Position numbers and translations under genes: made by a program
Part shown: in pieces, positions 1-13,348 of the stretch
How positions within the stretch are numbered: the first letter of the stretch is position 1
Layout: the number at the start of each line of letters is the position of its first letter
Assembly (NCBI GenBank): GCA_949297415.1
Contig: CASFSV010000041.1
Span: forward strand, 30,347-94,346
Origin: an uncultured Alphaproteobacteria bacterium
GTDB lineage: Bacteria; Pseudomonadota; Alphaproteobacteria; RF32; CAG-239
DNA: 64,000 nucleotides
Direction of reading: 5' to 3'
Notes under the pieces: generated by a model
Databases searched by the model: none
What the model saw: the letters and a program-made list of their open reading frames with translations, nothing else
What the model was told of the DNA's origin: nothing

Positions 1-185
1 ATGAGCACTTTAAGGTTGAAAAAAATACGATAGACAATCAAACAACAACAAGTCTAAAGAAGCTAGACTCTACAGGGAAAATAGAAGAAATCGCGCGTAT
101 GCTTGCCGGCGAAAAAATAACCAAAGAAGCACGCGCCGCCGCACAAGTTTTAGTAAATAAGGATAAAAATTTAGAACTTTTTTAA
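1..185 (+). CDS. recN: 3' end of DNA repair protein RecN (gene begins upstream of the window)
   Basis: Frame 3 reads ...HFKVEKNTIDNQTTTSLKKLDSTGKIEEIARMLAGEKITKEARAAAQVLVNKDKNLELF*, stop TAA 183-185. The EEIARMLaGe-IT-eA tail is the typical RecN C-terminus. Confidence 0.55.
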   Translation, partial: EHFKVEKNTIDNQTTTSLKKLDSTGKIEEIARMLAGEKITKEARAAAQVLVNKDKNLELF

Positions 186-225
186 GAAGGGCTATTTAGC
201 AAAAGTTGTAATGAGTATATTGAAT

Positions 226-1179
226 TTATAATTTCCCCTGTCTTCTTTTTAATCGAGACAATTTATAACTAACTACAGAGGTATCGCGTCCAGTTTTGGC
301 TAATCTATCATACATACGTTCAATTTCTTTTTCTAAATAAGCAGTTTCAATATCATTATCAAGAGCCGCCTTTTCCTCATCATTTCCAAGTCCACGAATA
401 CTGCAAACTTCCCGAATAATATCAACAATATCTTTTCCTGTTTTAAGTCGTTGCTGAATAAAATAGGGGAGTTCATAAACTAATTGACGTGTATTATCGT
501 AAACACCAGTACTGTCCTCGCATTTGTAATAGCGATTTTTTAATAAACTGAAGGCAACCTCGAGTTCAAAGTCATTATCAACAACAACAAAAGGAACGGG
601 ATCGGAAAAACCCTTATTAGAAATTGCTTTTAAAAATTCAAGCAGATGATGGAAAAAACCGCTAATATTATAAAGAATAAAAGGTTTCTTCTGCAAAAGT
701 CCGTCTTGCATGGCAACACAGTCGTAAGCAAGCTCATCCAAAGTACCAACACCACCCGGAGCGAATACAACAAAGTCAGCATTTAATAAACGTCGTTTTC
801 GTTCTTCTAAAGTTTTAGCAAAGATAATGTTGATGTGTTTAAGCATAGCGTCGTCAGAGTCATAAAGTTTGTAATATTCTTCGGTAGTAATTCCTTGAAT
901 TGGAAAATCAGGGTTTGAAGAATGTTGCTTTTCATTCCATGCATCCATAACTCCTTTAGCAACAGCCCCCATGATACCGGCATTAGATAAACCAAAATCC
1001 AGTTTGAATCCCATTTCAACAATTTTTTTTCCGAGAGTATAGGCTTCCTTAACATAAACGGGATTATGACCACCTCGAGAACCACCGGCAACAAAAACTC
1101 TGATACCGTCCTTTTTATTTTCTTTTAAAAAGGCGGAAAGTAAATCATCATTTTTATTCTTAGTAATTTTAGTAGCCAT
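226..1179 (-). CDS. LOG-family (TIGR00730-type) nucleotide phosphoribohydrolase-like protein with about 110-aa C-terminal extension
   Basis: 317-aa ORF. LOG motifs SNAGIMGAVAKG and FAPGGVGTLDELAYD (PGGxGTxxE). The C-terminal third has no recognisable family. Confidence 0.7.
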   Translation of the reverse strand: MATKITKNKNDDLLSAFLKENKKDGIRVFVAGGSRGGHNPVYVKEAYTLGKKIVEMGFKLDFGLSNAGIMGAVAKGVMDAWNEKQHSSNPDFPIQGITTEEYYKLYDSDDAMLKHINIIFAKTLEERKRRLLNADFVVFAPGGVGTLDELAYDCVAMQDGLLQKKPFILYNISGFFHHLLEFLKAISNKGFSDPVPFVVVDNDFELEVAFSLLKNRYYKCEDSTGVYDNTRQLVYELPYFIQQRLKTGKDIVDIIREVCSIRGLGNDEEKAALDNDIETAYLEKEIERMYDRLAKTGRDTSVVSYKLSRLKRRQGKL

Positions 1180-1207
1180 ACGATGTCCTCCTTGATTATC
1201 TTAAAGC

Positions 1208-3493
<2,286 letters not shown>

Positions 3494-3501
<8 letters not shown>

Positions 3502-4300
3502 GTATAATCCCCTGATATAATTTTTTAGCAATATGACAGATATCTAAAGCCGCTTCAGATGTTGGATAGCGTGATAATAATAGCTCTTTATTACGAATAG
3601 TATCGCGAATTCTTGTATCAATACGAACAATTCCTAATAAATCGGGACATCTCAAACCTACTCTGTCAGATGCTTTACTAAGTTTTTCATAGCTTTTATA
3701 TCCATCCTCAAAAGAATTTACCTTGTTAATTATTAAATTATAATTAGCATCAATATTTATGTTGCTTAAGAATTTAATTAAATCAAAAGTTTTAATTAAA
3801 TCAGCGTTATTTTCAGAGGATATGATTAGAATATTATCAGCAATTTGACAAAGACTCAAATTTTTATTATCGAGCTCTGTTCCTATATCAATTATAGTAC
3901 AATCATAATTTTCAGCAAGAATTTGTAAATCCTCTGCAAAAATTTGTATTCTTCCTAGAGCTAACTCCGAAAGATAATTATTTCCTTGTTGTGCAGTAAG
4001 AATATGAAAATTTTTATTTTTATAAGGAATTACAAGCTGATTAAGAGTTTTTTTTCCAAAAAGATAATCTTCAATATATAGTGTTTTTTGTAAAAGAAGA
4101 TACGAAGATATATTAGAAAATTTACCATTAGCATCGACCAATAAAACTTTTTTTCTCTCAAGATTAAGAGCGTGAGCCAAAGTTAGCGCACACCAAGAAG
4201 AGCCGATTCTTTCCGCTCCGGAAATAACGATAGAGATATTTCTGGATATTTCATTACGCAAAAACAAACTCTTATAAATTAAATCAGTATTATCAGTCAA
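3494..4300 (-). CDS. MinD/ParA/FlhG-like protein with degenerate Walker A (probable pseudo-ATPase)
   Basis: 268-aa ORF collinear with MinD/FlhG (KKVLLVDAN, YDCTIIDIG, ADNILIISSENNADLIKTFDLIKFL). The deviant Walker A KGGxGKT position reads SGAERIGSS, so both lysines are missing. Confidence 0.6.
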
Positions 4301-4425
4301 TCAATCACCTATTAAACCATTAGAAGTTAAATATACTATACGAAAGTAAATCAAATAAATTATTTTTTAATATAATAACAGTATAGTTTAAACAATCAAA
4401 GATTCTTTTACACGACGGGGGAAAT

Positions 4426-5370
4426 ATGAAATTACTATCCAGCATATTTTTAGTTGTTTTGACTCTAATATATTCAAATGCTCAAGCCATCAGTGATAAC
4501 ATACGAATGGTAGGTAAGGAAGAAAACGGATATAGTGAGCCTCAATATATAAGTCATTCTTCGCAATATGATTGGAAGGATCGTTTTGATATAAATTTAA
4601 TAGCCAATCCGAATATTTTTCCGTGGTCATCAAAACGACTAGGATCTGTGTTTGAAAAAATATTTGATGATTTAGCAAATAAAGAACACATTGTCGTTAT
4701 TTTAGAATACCCAAAAAGAAACTACGCTGAAATTGTAGAAGATTTTGAAAAGAATGAGATTAATACCAATGGTTTATTTGCTACCTATTACGAGAACATT
4801 CCATATACAAAAAATCAATATATTTATCCGTCATTTTTTGAAAACAATGTTCACTTTATAACATCATCTCGTAAAATAATATCATTAAAAACAAAAGACG
4901 AACTCAAAAATTATAAAGGAGTGTATGTTGCACAAGACTATTTTTCAAGTTTTGTTTTAAAGGATTTTGCAAAGTTTGGGATTCAGAAAGTACAAGATTT
5001 TGCTGAAGCGTACAAAAAATTATTGACCGGAGAAATTGATTATGTTGTAGCCAGTTATTACCCTAGCCAAATTGAATTATACAAATTAGGAATACATGAT
5101 TACGTTGCATATAGCTCTGCGCCATTATGGAAAATGCCAATGTTTTTTAGAGTGACACCAGAGATGGCAAATCATCCGCGAATTGCGTATTTAAAGAAAT
5201 ATTTAAAGAGTGCTTCATATGCAAAAGCAAAGGAGGAGAGCTTGAAAGAACTGATGGAAATATATAAAGAAAATACTCGGGGAATTGTTCCACCCACATA
5301 TATAAATATGGGACAAACAGAAAATAATATAGAAGAAACTGTAATAAATACAGACAAAGAAACAGAGTAA
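4426..5370 (+). CDS. secreted periplasmic-binding-protein-like protein (type 2 PBP / SBP_bac_3-like, tentative)
   Basis: 314-aa ORF. Signal peptide MKLLSSIFLVVLTLIYSNAQA. The segment YKGVYVAQD...AEAYKKLLTGEIDYVVASYYPSQIELYKLG resembles amino-acid-binding SBPs. Confidence 0.45.
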   Translation: MKLLSSIFLVVLTLIYSNAQAISDNIRMVGKEENGYSEPQYISHSSQYDWKDRFDINLIANPNIFPWSSKRLGSVFEKIFDDLANKEHIVVILEYPKRNYAEIVEDFEKNEINTNGLFATYYENIPYTKNQYIYPSFFENNVHFITSSRKIISLKTKDELKNYKGVYVAQDYFSSFVLKDFAKFGIQKVQDFAEAYKKLLTGEIDYVVASYYPSQIELYKLGIHDYVAYSSAPLWKMPMFFRVTPEMANHPRIAYLKKYLKSASYAKAKEESLKELMEIYKENTRGIVPPTYINMGQTENNIEETVINTDKETE

Positions 5371-5454
5371 ACTATAAATAAGAAAACAACAGAATAATAC
5401 TTGAAAAAGAAAAAATAGAAATATAACATACAACAAAAAGGAGACAAAGAGAAA

Positions 5455-6120
5455 ATGGTTCTTTTAGTTCATCATAGCATATCACCACAATCACGAAAAA
5501 TCAGATTGATAATGGCCGAAAAAAAAATGCTTTTTGTTTTAAAGGAAGAAGAACCATGGAAATTATCACAAGAAATGTTGGACATAAACCCTGGAGGGGA
5601 TTTGCCAATACTTGTTTTTGACGGCAAAGTGGTCGCCGGAAATTATGCAATAACAGAATATTTAGAAGAAAGTAATCCGCAATATAAGTTATTGCCTGAA
5701 GATCCAATATCTCGGGCAGAAATCAGAAGAATAATGGATTGGTTTGATACCAAATTTTATAATGAAGTTTATAAGTATATAGTTGCAGAGAAAATTATTA
5801 AGCGTTTTCAATTTAAGCAAGCTCCTAATTCAAAGATACTAAAAGCTGGATTAAATAATTTAAAGTTTCATATGGAATATATAGATTATTTGGCAGACCG
5901 AAATAATTATTTAGCAGGAAAAGAAATAAGTTTAGCCGATTTAACGGTCGCTGCGCATTTATCAATAGTTGACTATCTTGGTGATATTCCTTGGAATGAA
6001 TATAAAAACGCAAAATTATGGTATGCTAAGATAAAATCTCGTCCGAGTTTTAAGGAAATATTAAAAGATAATATTCGAGGAATACCGCCATCAAGTAACT
6101 ACGCAAATTTGGATTTTTAA
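5455..6120 (+). CDS. glutathione S-transferase family protein
   Basis: 221-aa ORF. N-terminal thioredoxin-like part (SPQSRKIRLIMAEKK...NPGGDLPILVFDGKVVAGNYAITEYLEE) and helical C-terminal GST domain (YLAGKEISLADLTVAAHL). Confidence 0.8.
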   Translation: MVLLVHHSISPQSRKIRLIMAEKKMLFVLKEEEPWKLSQEMLDINPGGDLPILVFDGKVVAGNYAITEYLEESNPQYKLLPEDPISRAEIRRIMDWFDTKFYNEVYKYIVAEKIIKRFQFKQAPNSKILKAGLNNLKFHMEYIDYLADRNNYLAGKEISLADLTVAAHLSIVDYLGDIPWNEYKNAKLWYAKIKSRPSFKEILKDNIRGIPPSSNYANLDF

Positions 6121-6122
6121 TA

Positions 6123-6578
6123 ATGAAAAAACTGTACTTACTATTGTCATTTATGTTTTTAAGCTCCTGTACGACAACAACAGAAGGACAGGTTGTTTTT
6201 CATTGGGATAGATATAATACAGGAGGATTAAAGTTCTCTCGAGATCATTCGGAATGTATGCGAGAGGCTGAAGCATTTAAATTTTTTCCAAATTTTAAAA
6301 GTTGGTTTTATACAGAAGAACAGCGTTATGATATTGTTGTAAAATGGCACAAAGAACATGGTATTTGGGCAAGTTTTGTTCCATATCCAGGAGCTATGCC
6401 AATATTAGTAAACTCTGTTAGAGATGACACGGATGCCAGTCCTCGAAAATACCAAAAATGTATGCTAAGAAAAGGATATGTCGAAAGAACAACAGATATT
6501 CCCGGAACAACGAATTTATTTGTTTACAAACCGCAAAGTGTCAACCAAGATGCCCCGTTAGACAGTACATATCCATAA
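6123..6578 (+). CDS. small lipoprotein, unknown function
   Basis: 151-aa ORF. Lipobox MKKLYLLLSFMFLSSC. Starts 2 nt after the GST stop. Confidence 0.6.
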   Translation: MKKLYLLLSFMFLSSCTTTTEGQVVFHWDRYNTGGLKFSRDHSECMREAEAFKFFPNFKSWFYTEEQRYDIVVKWHKEHGIWASFVPYPGAMPILVNSVRDDTDASPRKYQKCMLRKGYVERTTDIPGTTNLFVYKPQSVNQDAPLDSTYP

Positions 6579-7976
6579 TTAGTCAAAATTATATCCGCCC
6601 CCGACAGATTTATAGAAAGCTGTTATATTCTGCAGAATATTAGTGTTGCTGGAAATAAGATTTATTTGGGCATTTAATAAATTTTGTTCGGCAGTTGCAA
6701 CATCAGTAAAAGAAATCAAACCGTTTTTGTACTTTTCTTGTGATAAATCTAAAATGTTGCGCATTTTATCAACAGAGGCTAAGTAAGAACGATTTTCACG
6801 ATAGGCTTGCTTAACAGCCATAATCGAATTTTTTATTTCTGTTAAAGCCGTAAGAATAACTTCATTATAGTTTAAAACATATTCCTCATTTATACTTTTT
6901 TGCAGTTCTACATTATTGACTAATTGTTTCCAATTCCAGATTGGAAGAATAAAGCTGGGAGTATACCCATAAACTTGACTGTTTCTGTTAAACAGAGAGT
7001 GACCGCTGGTTGAAATAAAGCCGAATGTTGCATTCAAGGAAATACTGGGATAAAGATTTGTAATAGCTTCATTAATGGCGGCATTTTGTTGTTTCAACAC
7101 CGTTTCTGCAACTAAAATATCAGGACGCGAACGAATAACATTAAGAGATAATTTGTTTAATTTGTTTATATCAAATTGAAAAGCCGTAGATGTTAAATTT
7201 TTCTTATAGTTACTAAGGCCTGCTGGAAGAGAATCAGGAGTACAACCTAAAAGAATGGCCAATGTATTTCTATAAACTTCGATTTGATATTTTAAGTTAG
7301 GAATAGAGGATTTTGTCATTTCAACAGTATATTCGGCCTGATTAAGAGCTAAATCATCTGCAATACCATTTTCATACTGACTAACAACGGTGCTAAGGAT
7401 TTGTTTTTGTAAAGATAAATTTTGTTCAGTAATTTTAAGTTTTTCCTGGAGGGAACGTAAATTAACATAATTTGAAACAATTTCTGCAGTAAGGGATACC
7501 TTAAGATTGGCGATAGAATATTGTGCATTGCGCATAATTTCAAAATATTGTTCAGAAATATATTCTCCTTTTCCCCAAATATCTAACTCCCAAGAGGCAT
7601 CAAGTCCGACTTTAAAAGAATTTACATCATAAACATAATCTTGATTATTACTGGCTTTACTAAATTCATACTCGCCGGAAGAGTCAAGTTGTGGAAGCAT
7701 AGTTGTTGAATTTATCAAGTATGAATATCTGGATTGTTGAAGGCGTTGAATTGATTGTTTAATAGATAAATTATCAGTTAAAGCAATATGAATCAGTGTA
7801 TTTAAAACATCGTCTTTAAAGATTTTATACCAATCAACGGAGATAACTTCAGATTGATTTGATAGCTCTAAATTCTGTTTAATTTTGTCATTAGTAAGAG
7901 GAAAAACAGAAGAAAATTTTTCACCAACATGGCAAGCCTGAAGAATAAGAAAAATAAATAAAATAGATTTACGCAT
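6579..7976 (-). CDS. RND efflux outer-membrane factor lipoprotein (NodT/OprM family)
   Basis: ORF 6579-8090, realistic start ATG 7976 ([19 protein letters not shown], lipobox). Two OEP repeats. Overlaps the stop of the RND pump gene by 8 nt. Confidence 0.85.
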   Translation of the reverse strand: MRKSILFIFLILQACHVGEKFSSVFPLTNDKIKQNLELSNQSEVISVDWYKIFKDDVLNTLIHIALTDNLSIKQSIQRLQQSRYSYLINSTTMLPQLDSSGEYEFSKASNNQDYVYDVNSFKVGLDASWELDIWGKGEYISEQYFEIMRNAQYSIANLKVSLTAEIVSNYVNLRSLQEKLKITEQNLSLQKQILSTVVSQYENGIADDLALNQAEYTVEMTKSSIPNLKYQIEVYRNTLAILLGCTPDSLPAGLSNYKKNLTSTAFQFDINKLNKLSLNVIRSRPDILVAETVLKQQNAAINEAITNLYPSISLNATFGFISTSGHSLFNRNSQVYGYTPSFILPIWNWKQLVNNVELQKSINEEYVLNYNEVILTALTEIKNSIMAVKQAYRENRSYLASVDKMRNILDLSQEKYKNGLISFTDVATAEQNLLNAQINLISSNTNILQNITAFYKSVGGGYNFD

Positions 7977-10900
7977 GATGTTTCTCCTTGAGCGAAGAAG
8001 AAGCCTTATTAAGATGTTGTTTAGAATGAGAAAAAAACTCTTTAATATTTTCAAACAACGCAAAAAGGGCAGGAATAAAGACAATACCAACTAAAGTAGC
8101 TAAAATCATCCCAAAGAACACAGTAACGCCAATAGATATTTGAGAACTTGCGCCAGGTCCCGTAGCAATAACCATAGGGAATACACCCAAGATAAAAGTT
8201 AAAGCAGTCATTAAAACGGCTCTAAATCTTTCTCCGGCACCTTTTTCCGCTGCTTCAAGAATACTATTACCTTGCTCACGATAATCTTTAGTAAATTCAA
8301 CAATAAGGATGGCATTTTTTGCCGCTAAACCGATGAGCAAAATAACTCCTAATTGCGCATAAATACTAAGAGGCAAATTAAACAAGTGCAAACCAATAAA
8401 GGCTCCTAAAACAGCAAAAACAGTAGAAAACATAACCGAAAAAGCCAACATCCAACTTTCATAAAGTGCGACTAAAAATAAATAGCAAAAGATAATGGCC
8501 AGAGCGATAAGAGCTCCGACAAGACCGCGAGTTTCGGATTCTTGAAGAGAAAGAGCTGTCCAATCAATAGCAAAACCGTCAGGGAGATAATTTTTTGCGA
8601 TTTGTTCAACAGTATCCATAGCCTGACCACTACTAATATCTTTAGCAGCTTGAGCTGTAATAGCCGCAGCAGTATAAAGATTATAACGATAAATAATATT
8701 AGGAGAAAGTTCCGTAGATACGTCAGCAAAACTACCAATTTTAATTAAATTTCCTGAATTCGTTTTTACATAAAGATTTTTTACGTCATCAATGGTTTGC
8801 CGATAATTAAAATCAGCTTGCAAAATAACACGATTAACTTGCCCGCTTAAAGTAATATTACTAATGTAAGTAGCACCCAAATTAGCTTGAAGAGTACTAT
8901 ATAAATCGGCGACGGACACATTATAAAACTGAAGTTTATTTCTGTCTATATTTAGATACAAATGCGGTGTATCAGCAGTAAAAGTGCTAAATGCATAAGC
9001 CAGATTAGAATTTTGATTAAGTTTATAAAGATAATCATTCAAGACTTTACTTAATTCTTGAGGAGACGAGCTAGTATTCGTTGCAATTAATTCTAAAGAA
9101 AGGCCGTTACTTTGGCCGATACCAGGAACAGAAGGCGGTGCAAAAAAATTAAACTCTGCATTAGGATAAGATTGAAATTCATCTCTTAAGGCGTTTGAGA
9201 TACTTTCAATAGAGAGTTGCTTTGTGGTTCGTTCAGACCAATTTTGTAATCCGATAACACCAAGAGCAACATTTTCACCACCTCCACCAAGTAAGCTATA
9301 TCCAGCAACAGTTATAACATATTTAATGCCATCCATACGCTGTATTTTATCTGTCATATCGGATAAAACAGCATTTGTTTGATTGATATTAGCGGTGGTA
9401 TCTAACTGGATATTAGCAAAAATAATACCTTGATCTTCTTTCGGAATAAAAGAAGTGGGAGTAATTTTAAAAGCACAAAAGATAATAGCAATAACCGTCA
9501 AAATAATAAAAGTAGTCAACAATAAATAGCGAGAAAAATAACCAACGATTTTAACGTAAAGATTTTTAAATTTATCCAAAGTATTGTTAAAAAGTTTAAA
9601 GAAAACAGCCTTTTTATTTTCATTTTCATTATTTAAAAATATGGCACAAAGAGCGGGACTAAGAGTAAGAGCATTAAAAGCCGAAAAGATGACTGCTGTA
9701 GCAATAGCTACAGCAAATTGCTGATAAATTTTTCCGGTAATACCAACCATTAAACCTACTGGAACAAAAATGGCCAATAAAACGAACGTTGTTGCAATAA
9801 TAGCACTACCGATTTGGGACATAGCCTTAACAGCTGCATCATAAGGCTTCATTTTTTCATTAAGCATAAGGTATTGTACTCTTTCAACAACAATAATAGC
9901 ATCATCAACCACAAGTCCAATAACCAAAATCATGGCGAATAAGGTCAAAATATTGATATCAAATCCTAAAATATAGATAATGATAAACGTAGCAATTAAA
10001 GAAACAGGGATTGTAATGAGAGGAATAAGAGTTGTTTTAATTTTCTGTAAAAACAGATAGGTAACAAGAATAACCAAACTAAAAGTAATAAAAAGAGTTT
10101 CAATAATAGCTGCAATAGAGGCACGAACATAATCAGTAGAATCATAAGCAATTTTGATTTCCATATCTTCAGGAAAAGTTTGAGCCAATTTTTCAATTTC
10201 AGCTTGTACGTCATTCATCGTTTCCAAGGCATTAGTATTAGGTGTCTGATTAAGAGCAATAATAACAGCCGGAGAGTTATCATATTTTGAGCTAATATTA
10301 TAAGAATCTCTGCCAAGTTCAATTTTAGCAACATCTTTTAGATAGGTGATGCCGCCGTTTGGAGAAGTCGCAATAACAATATTTGAAAAATCTTGAACAC
10401 TGTTAAGTAAACCTTGAGCTGTTAGCGTAAAAACAAGTTTTGAATCTCTAGCATTGGGGGCTGAGCCAATACTTCCGATGGCAGCTTGTACATTTTGAGT
10501 TTGTACAGCTTTAATAACATCAGAACTATTAAGGCCGAGAGCTGTGATTTTATCAATATCAAGCCAAATTCGCATACTGTACTGCGGACCGAAAATCTGG
10601 ACTTGTCCGATACCATATAAACGAGAGAGTGGATTTTTAATATTAGTATAAGCATAATTGCTAAGAAAAAGGTCGTCATAAGAGTGATTAGGGGAGCGTA
10701 AAACAATAAGAGCCAAAATATCAGCATTTTCAGTTGATACATCCAATCCATCTTGAATAACTTCATCTGGTAACTCACTATTGACTTGCTGAAGACGATT
10801 TTGAACTTTAACCTGCGCAATATCTGGATTTGTACCGATATCAAAAGTAACTGTAAGATTATAACTACCATTATCATCGGAGGTTGAAGACATATAAAGC

Positions 10901-11127
10901 ATATTTTCAACGCCGTTAATTTGATTTTCAATCGGAACAGCAACAGTATCAGTCAAAACTTGAGCGTTAGCTCCTAAATAATTAGTTTGGATAGTAACTT
11001 GAGGGGGAGTAATACTTGGAAATTGAGAAATAGGTAATATTTTGATAGCCAACCCTCCCAATATCATTAAAATAATGGAAATAACCAAAGCAAAACGAGG
11101 TCTGTCAATAAAGAATTTAGAAAACAT
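7969..11127 (-). CDS. RND multidrug efflux permease (AcrB/HAE1 family)
   Basis: 1052-aa [27 protein letters not shown] start, 12-TM architecture, [10 protein letters not shown] motif. Confidence 0.95.
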   Translation of the reverse strand: MFSKFFIDRPRFALVISIILMILGGLAIKILPISQFPSITPPQVTIQTNYLGANAQVLTDTVAVPIENQINGVENMLYMSSTSDDNGSYNLTVTFDIGTNPDIAQVKVQNRLQQVNSELPDEVIQDGLDVSTENADILALIVLRSPNHSYDDLFLSNYAYTNIKNPLSRLYGIGQVQIFGPQYSMRIWLDIDKITALGLNSSDVIKAVQTQNVQAAIGSIGSAPNARDSKLVFTLTAQGLLNSVQDFSNIVIATSPNGGITYLKDVAKIELGRDSYNISSKYDNSPAVIIALNQTPNTNALETMNDVQAEIEKLAQTFPEDMEIKIAYDSTDYVRASIAAIIETLFITFSLVILVTYLFLQKIKTTLIPLITIPVSLIATFIIIYILGFDINILTLFAMILVIGLVVDDAIIVVERVQYLMLNEKMKPYDAAVKAMSQIGSAIIATTFVLLAIFVPVGLMVGITGKIYQQFAVAIATAVIFSAFNALTLSPALCAIFLNNENENKKAVFFKLFNNTLDKFKNLYVKIVGYFSRYLLLTTFIILTVIAIIFCAFKITPTSFIPKEDQGIIFANIQLDTTANINQTNAVLSDMTDKIQRMDGIKYVITVAGYSLLGGGGENVALGVIGLQNWSERTTKQLSIESISNALRDEFQSYPNAEFNFFAPPSVPGIGQSNGLSLELIATNTSSSPQELSKVLNDYLYKLNQNSNLAYAFSTFTADTPHLYLNIDRNKLQFYNVSVADLYSTLQANLGATYISNITLSGQVNRVILQADFNYRQTIDDVKNLYVKTNSGNLIKIGSFADVSTELSPNIIYRYNLYTAAAITAQAAKDISSGQAMDTVEQIAKNYLPDGFAIDWTALSLQESETRGLVGALIALAIIFCYLFLVALYESWMLAFSVMFSTVFAVLGAFIGLHLFNLPLSIYAQLGVILLIGLAAKNAILIVEFTKDYREQGNSILEAAEKGAGERFRAVLMTALTFILGVFPMVIATGPGASSQISIGVTVFFGMILATLVGIVFIPALFALFENIKEFFSHSKQHLNKASSSLKEKHHA

Positions 11128-11147
11128 TGTATGTTTCTCCTAATTGA

Positions 11148-12281
11148 TTAATTAACAATGTTAAAATGAATGGTTGCTCCATGCGGAATATCGGGCAATT
11201 TTCCAATAATAAGTAAATCATCAGGTTGAAAAGAATTTTCGATGATATAATTTGTATCAGTTTCAGCAAGAATTTTAATTTTAACTTTTTGGGGTAAATT
11301 ATTCCTAGCGATGAATAAAAAATTACCGTCGGGTAGCATTTGCACAAGTTCTTTACTGATTAAAACGGTGTTTTTAAATTGGCTATTTACCTCAACGGTT
11401 ACGAAAGAATTCGGCAAAAGTAACTGATTATCATTTTTAAAATGAGTATAAACAGCCAGAGAATTAGTGTTTTTATCAATTTTGTTATCAGTGTATTTAA
11501 AAGTTCCTAAATACTCAAAAACAGAACCGTTAGATAATTTTAAGCGGATAGAAGAATTTTGAAATAAGAGCAAACTATTTTCTTTTAAGTTTAAATATTC
11601 AGTATCGGTTAAAGAAAAAACAATACGCACAGGAGACATTTGTATAATATTAAGTAAGGCTCCAGAGGACGGAGAAACATAATCACCATTACTTAAAGTA
11701 AAATTTCCAATAATACCGGAAATAGGAGCTTTAATAGTTGTATAATTCAAATTAACTTCAGCTAAATTTAAATTTGCTTTAGCGTTTTCTAAATTAGCTT
11801 GTGCTTGAAGAAAATTATTTTTTGCATTATCAATTTCAGTTGCAGAAAAAGCTTTTTTACCAGATTTTAGAACACGGTCATAATAAGTTTGATTGTACTG
11901 GAAATCAGCTTCAGCCTGTTGAACAGCAGCTTTAGCAACATTAAGTTTAGCATTATACTCATCTGGATTAATCTTAAGAAGCAAATCTCCTTCATGAACA
12001 GATTGACCAGCAGTTACAGCAATATGTTGTAGGTAACCACTAATATAAGGAACAATCTGTACTTGGTTAATAGCTTCCACAAACCCTACATAGTTTTTTG
12101 TAATAGAATTATCCTGAGATATAATTGATTTAGCATTAAGTACAATACTGTCGGAAGGGGGTAAAGGTTTGGCTTCTTTATGATTTTCTGATTTAAAAAC
12201 ATAAAAACCTAGACCAAAAGAAGCCAAACACAAAACAAATAATAGAAAAATATAAATAAAACGTTCTTTGCGGCTATTCAT
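11148..12281 (-). CDS. RND efflux periplasmic adaptor (membrane fusion protein, AcrA family)
   Basis: 377-aa ORF. N-terminal anchor, coiled-coil hairpin (AKAAVQQAEADFQYNQTYYDR...ANLENAKANLNLAEVNLNYTTIKAPISGIIG). Confidence 0.9.
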   Translation of the reverse strand: MNSRKERFIYIFLLFVLCLASFGLGFYVFKSENHKEAKPLPPSDSIVLNAKSIISQDNSITKNYVGFVEAINQVQIVPYISGYLQHIAVTAGQSVHEGDLLLKINPDEYNAKLNVAKAAVQQAEADFQYNQTYYDRVLKSGKKAFSATEIDNAKNNFLQAQANLENAKANLNLAEVNLNYTTIKAPISGIIGNFTLSNGDYVSPSSGALLNIIQMSPVRIVFSLTDTEYLNLKENSLLLFQNSSIRLKLSNGSVFEYLGTFKYTDNKIDKNTNSLAVYTHFKNDNQLLLPNSFVTVEVNSQFKNTVLISKELVQMLPDGNFLFIARNNLPQKVKIKILAETDTNYIIENSFQPDDLLIIGKLPDIPHGATIHFNIVN

Positions 12282-12347
12282 TTACCTAATCCTTAAAATC
12301 TAAGTTGCGTAATGCAATAGATAATAAGCAAAGGTAAAGTTTCAAGG

Positions 12348-13223
12348 TTACTGCATAAGTTCAATAGCCTTAGTTATTTTCTTTATAGAATTAAGTTCTA
12401 TTTGCCGAACTCTTTCTTTAGAAATGTTATAAGTTTTACTTAAATCGTCCAAAGTTATAGTTTTTTCATATAAACGGCGTTTAAATAAAATATCTTTTTC
12501 CCTTTTGTTTAAAACATACAAGGCCTGATTAAACATTTGTTTTCTATATTTTATAATTTCAGAGTGAGCCAAAGTTTCTTCTTGGTTTGGTTTTGAGTCA
12601 GAAATAAAATCCATCCACTCAGTTGTGCCATCAGTATCTCCGTCAATTACAGAATTTAAGGAACCATCATGAGATTTCAAGCGCATATTCATATCCGTAA
12701 CATCTTGAACACTAACATCAAGAGAACGAGCAATATCATTTAGAATATGTTGAGAAAGTTCTCTGTCATCGATTAGATTAAGTTTATTTTTAATTTTACG
12801 CAGATTAAAAAATAATTTTTTTTGAGCGGCGGTAGTTCCGAGCTTAACAAGCGACCAAGAATTAAGAATGTATTTTTGAACAGAGGCTTTAATCCACCAA
12901 AGGGAGTAAGTGGAAAAACGAAAACCCTTTTCAGGAGCAAATTTATCAATAGCATACATAAGTCCAATATTTCCTTCAGAAATCATCTCACCAATCGGAA
13001 GACCATATCCTCTATATTTAGCAACAACTTTAACCACCAGCCGCAAATGAGAAGTAATTAGTTTGTAAGCAATGGCAGCATCTTTCGTTTTTTGATACTG
13101 CAAAGCTAAATTATATTCTTCATCAGAGGAAAGGATGGGAAATTTTTTGATAGATTGTAAATAACGAGATAAATTTTCTTCAGGTGAAAAGTCAAGTCCA
13201 TTTAGAGTAAGTTGTTCTTTCAT
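12348..13223 (-). CDS. rpoH: RNA polymerase sigma-32 heat-shock factor
   Basis: 291-aa ORF. RpoH box AQKKLFFNLRKIKNKL, sigma-70 region 2 (EGNIGLMYAIDKF) and region 4 (ISKERVRQIE). Confidence 0.9.
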   Translation of the reverse strand: MKEQLTLNGLDFSPEENLSRYLQSIKKFPILSSDEEYNLALQYQKTKDAAIAYKLITSHLRLVVKVVAKYRGYGLPIGEMISEGNIGLMYAIDKFAPEKGFRFSTYSLWWIKASVQKYILNSWSLVKLGTTAAQKKLFFNLRKIKNKLNLIDDRELSQHILNDIARSLDVSVQDVTDMNMRLKSHDGSLNSVIDGDTDGTTEWMDFISDSKPNQEETLAHSEIIKYRKQMFNQALYVLNKREKDILFKRRLYEKTITLDDLSKTYNISKERVRQIELNSIKKITKAIELMQ

Positions 13224-13348
13224 AATTCTTCTCCTAAAAGTTGACTCAAGAGAGAATATAGCTCTAAATTTTTTTCCACAACCTAGACAATAGTTCTATT
13301 TTTACTTAATAAAACATTAACAAAAATAAGAAGATATAAAACCAAAAA

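Noticed and set aside
5172-5447. 91-aa and 73-aa minus-strand ORFs across the 3' end of the SBP-like gene and the following spacer
   Set aside because: They give Phe/Ile/Ser-rich translations of A-rich DNA. There is no SD, and they overlap a better-supported gene.
10422-10943. 173-aa alternative-frame ORF inside the RND pump gene (with similar track ORFs inside bamA, dprA, topA, glgP and others)
   Set aside because: All lie inside strongly supported genes and have typical off-frame composition.
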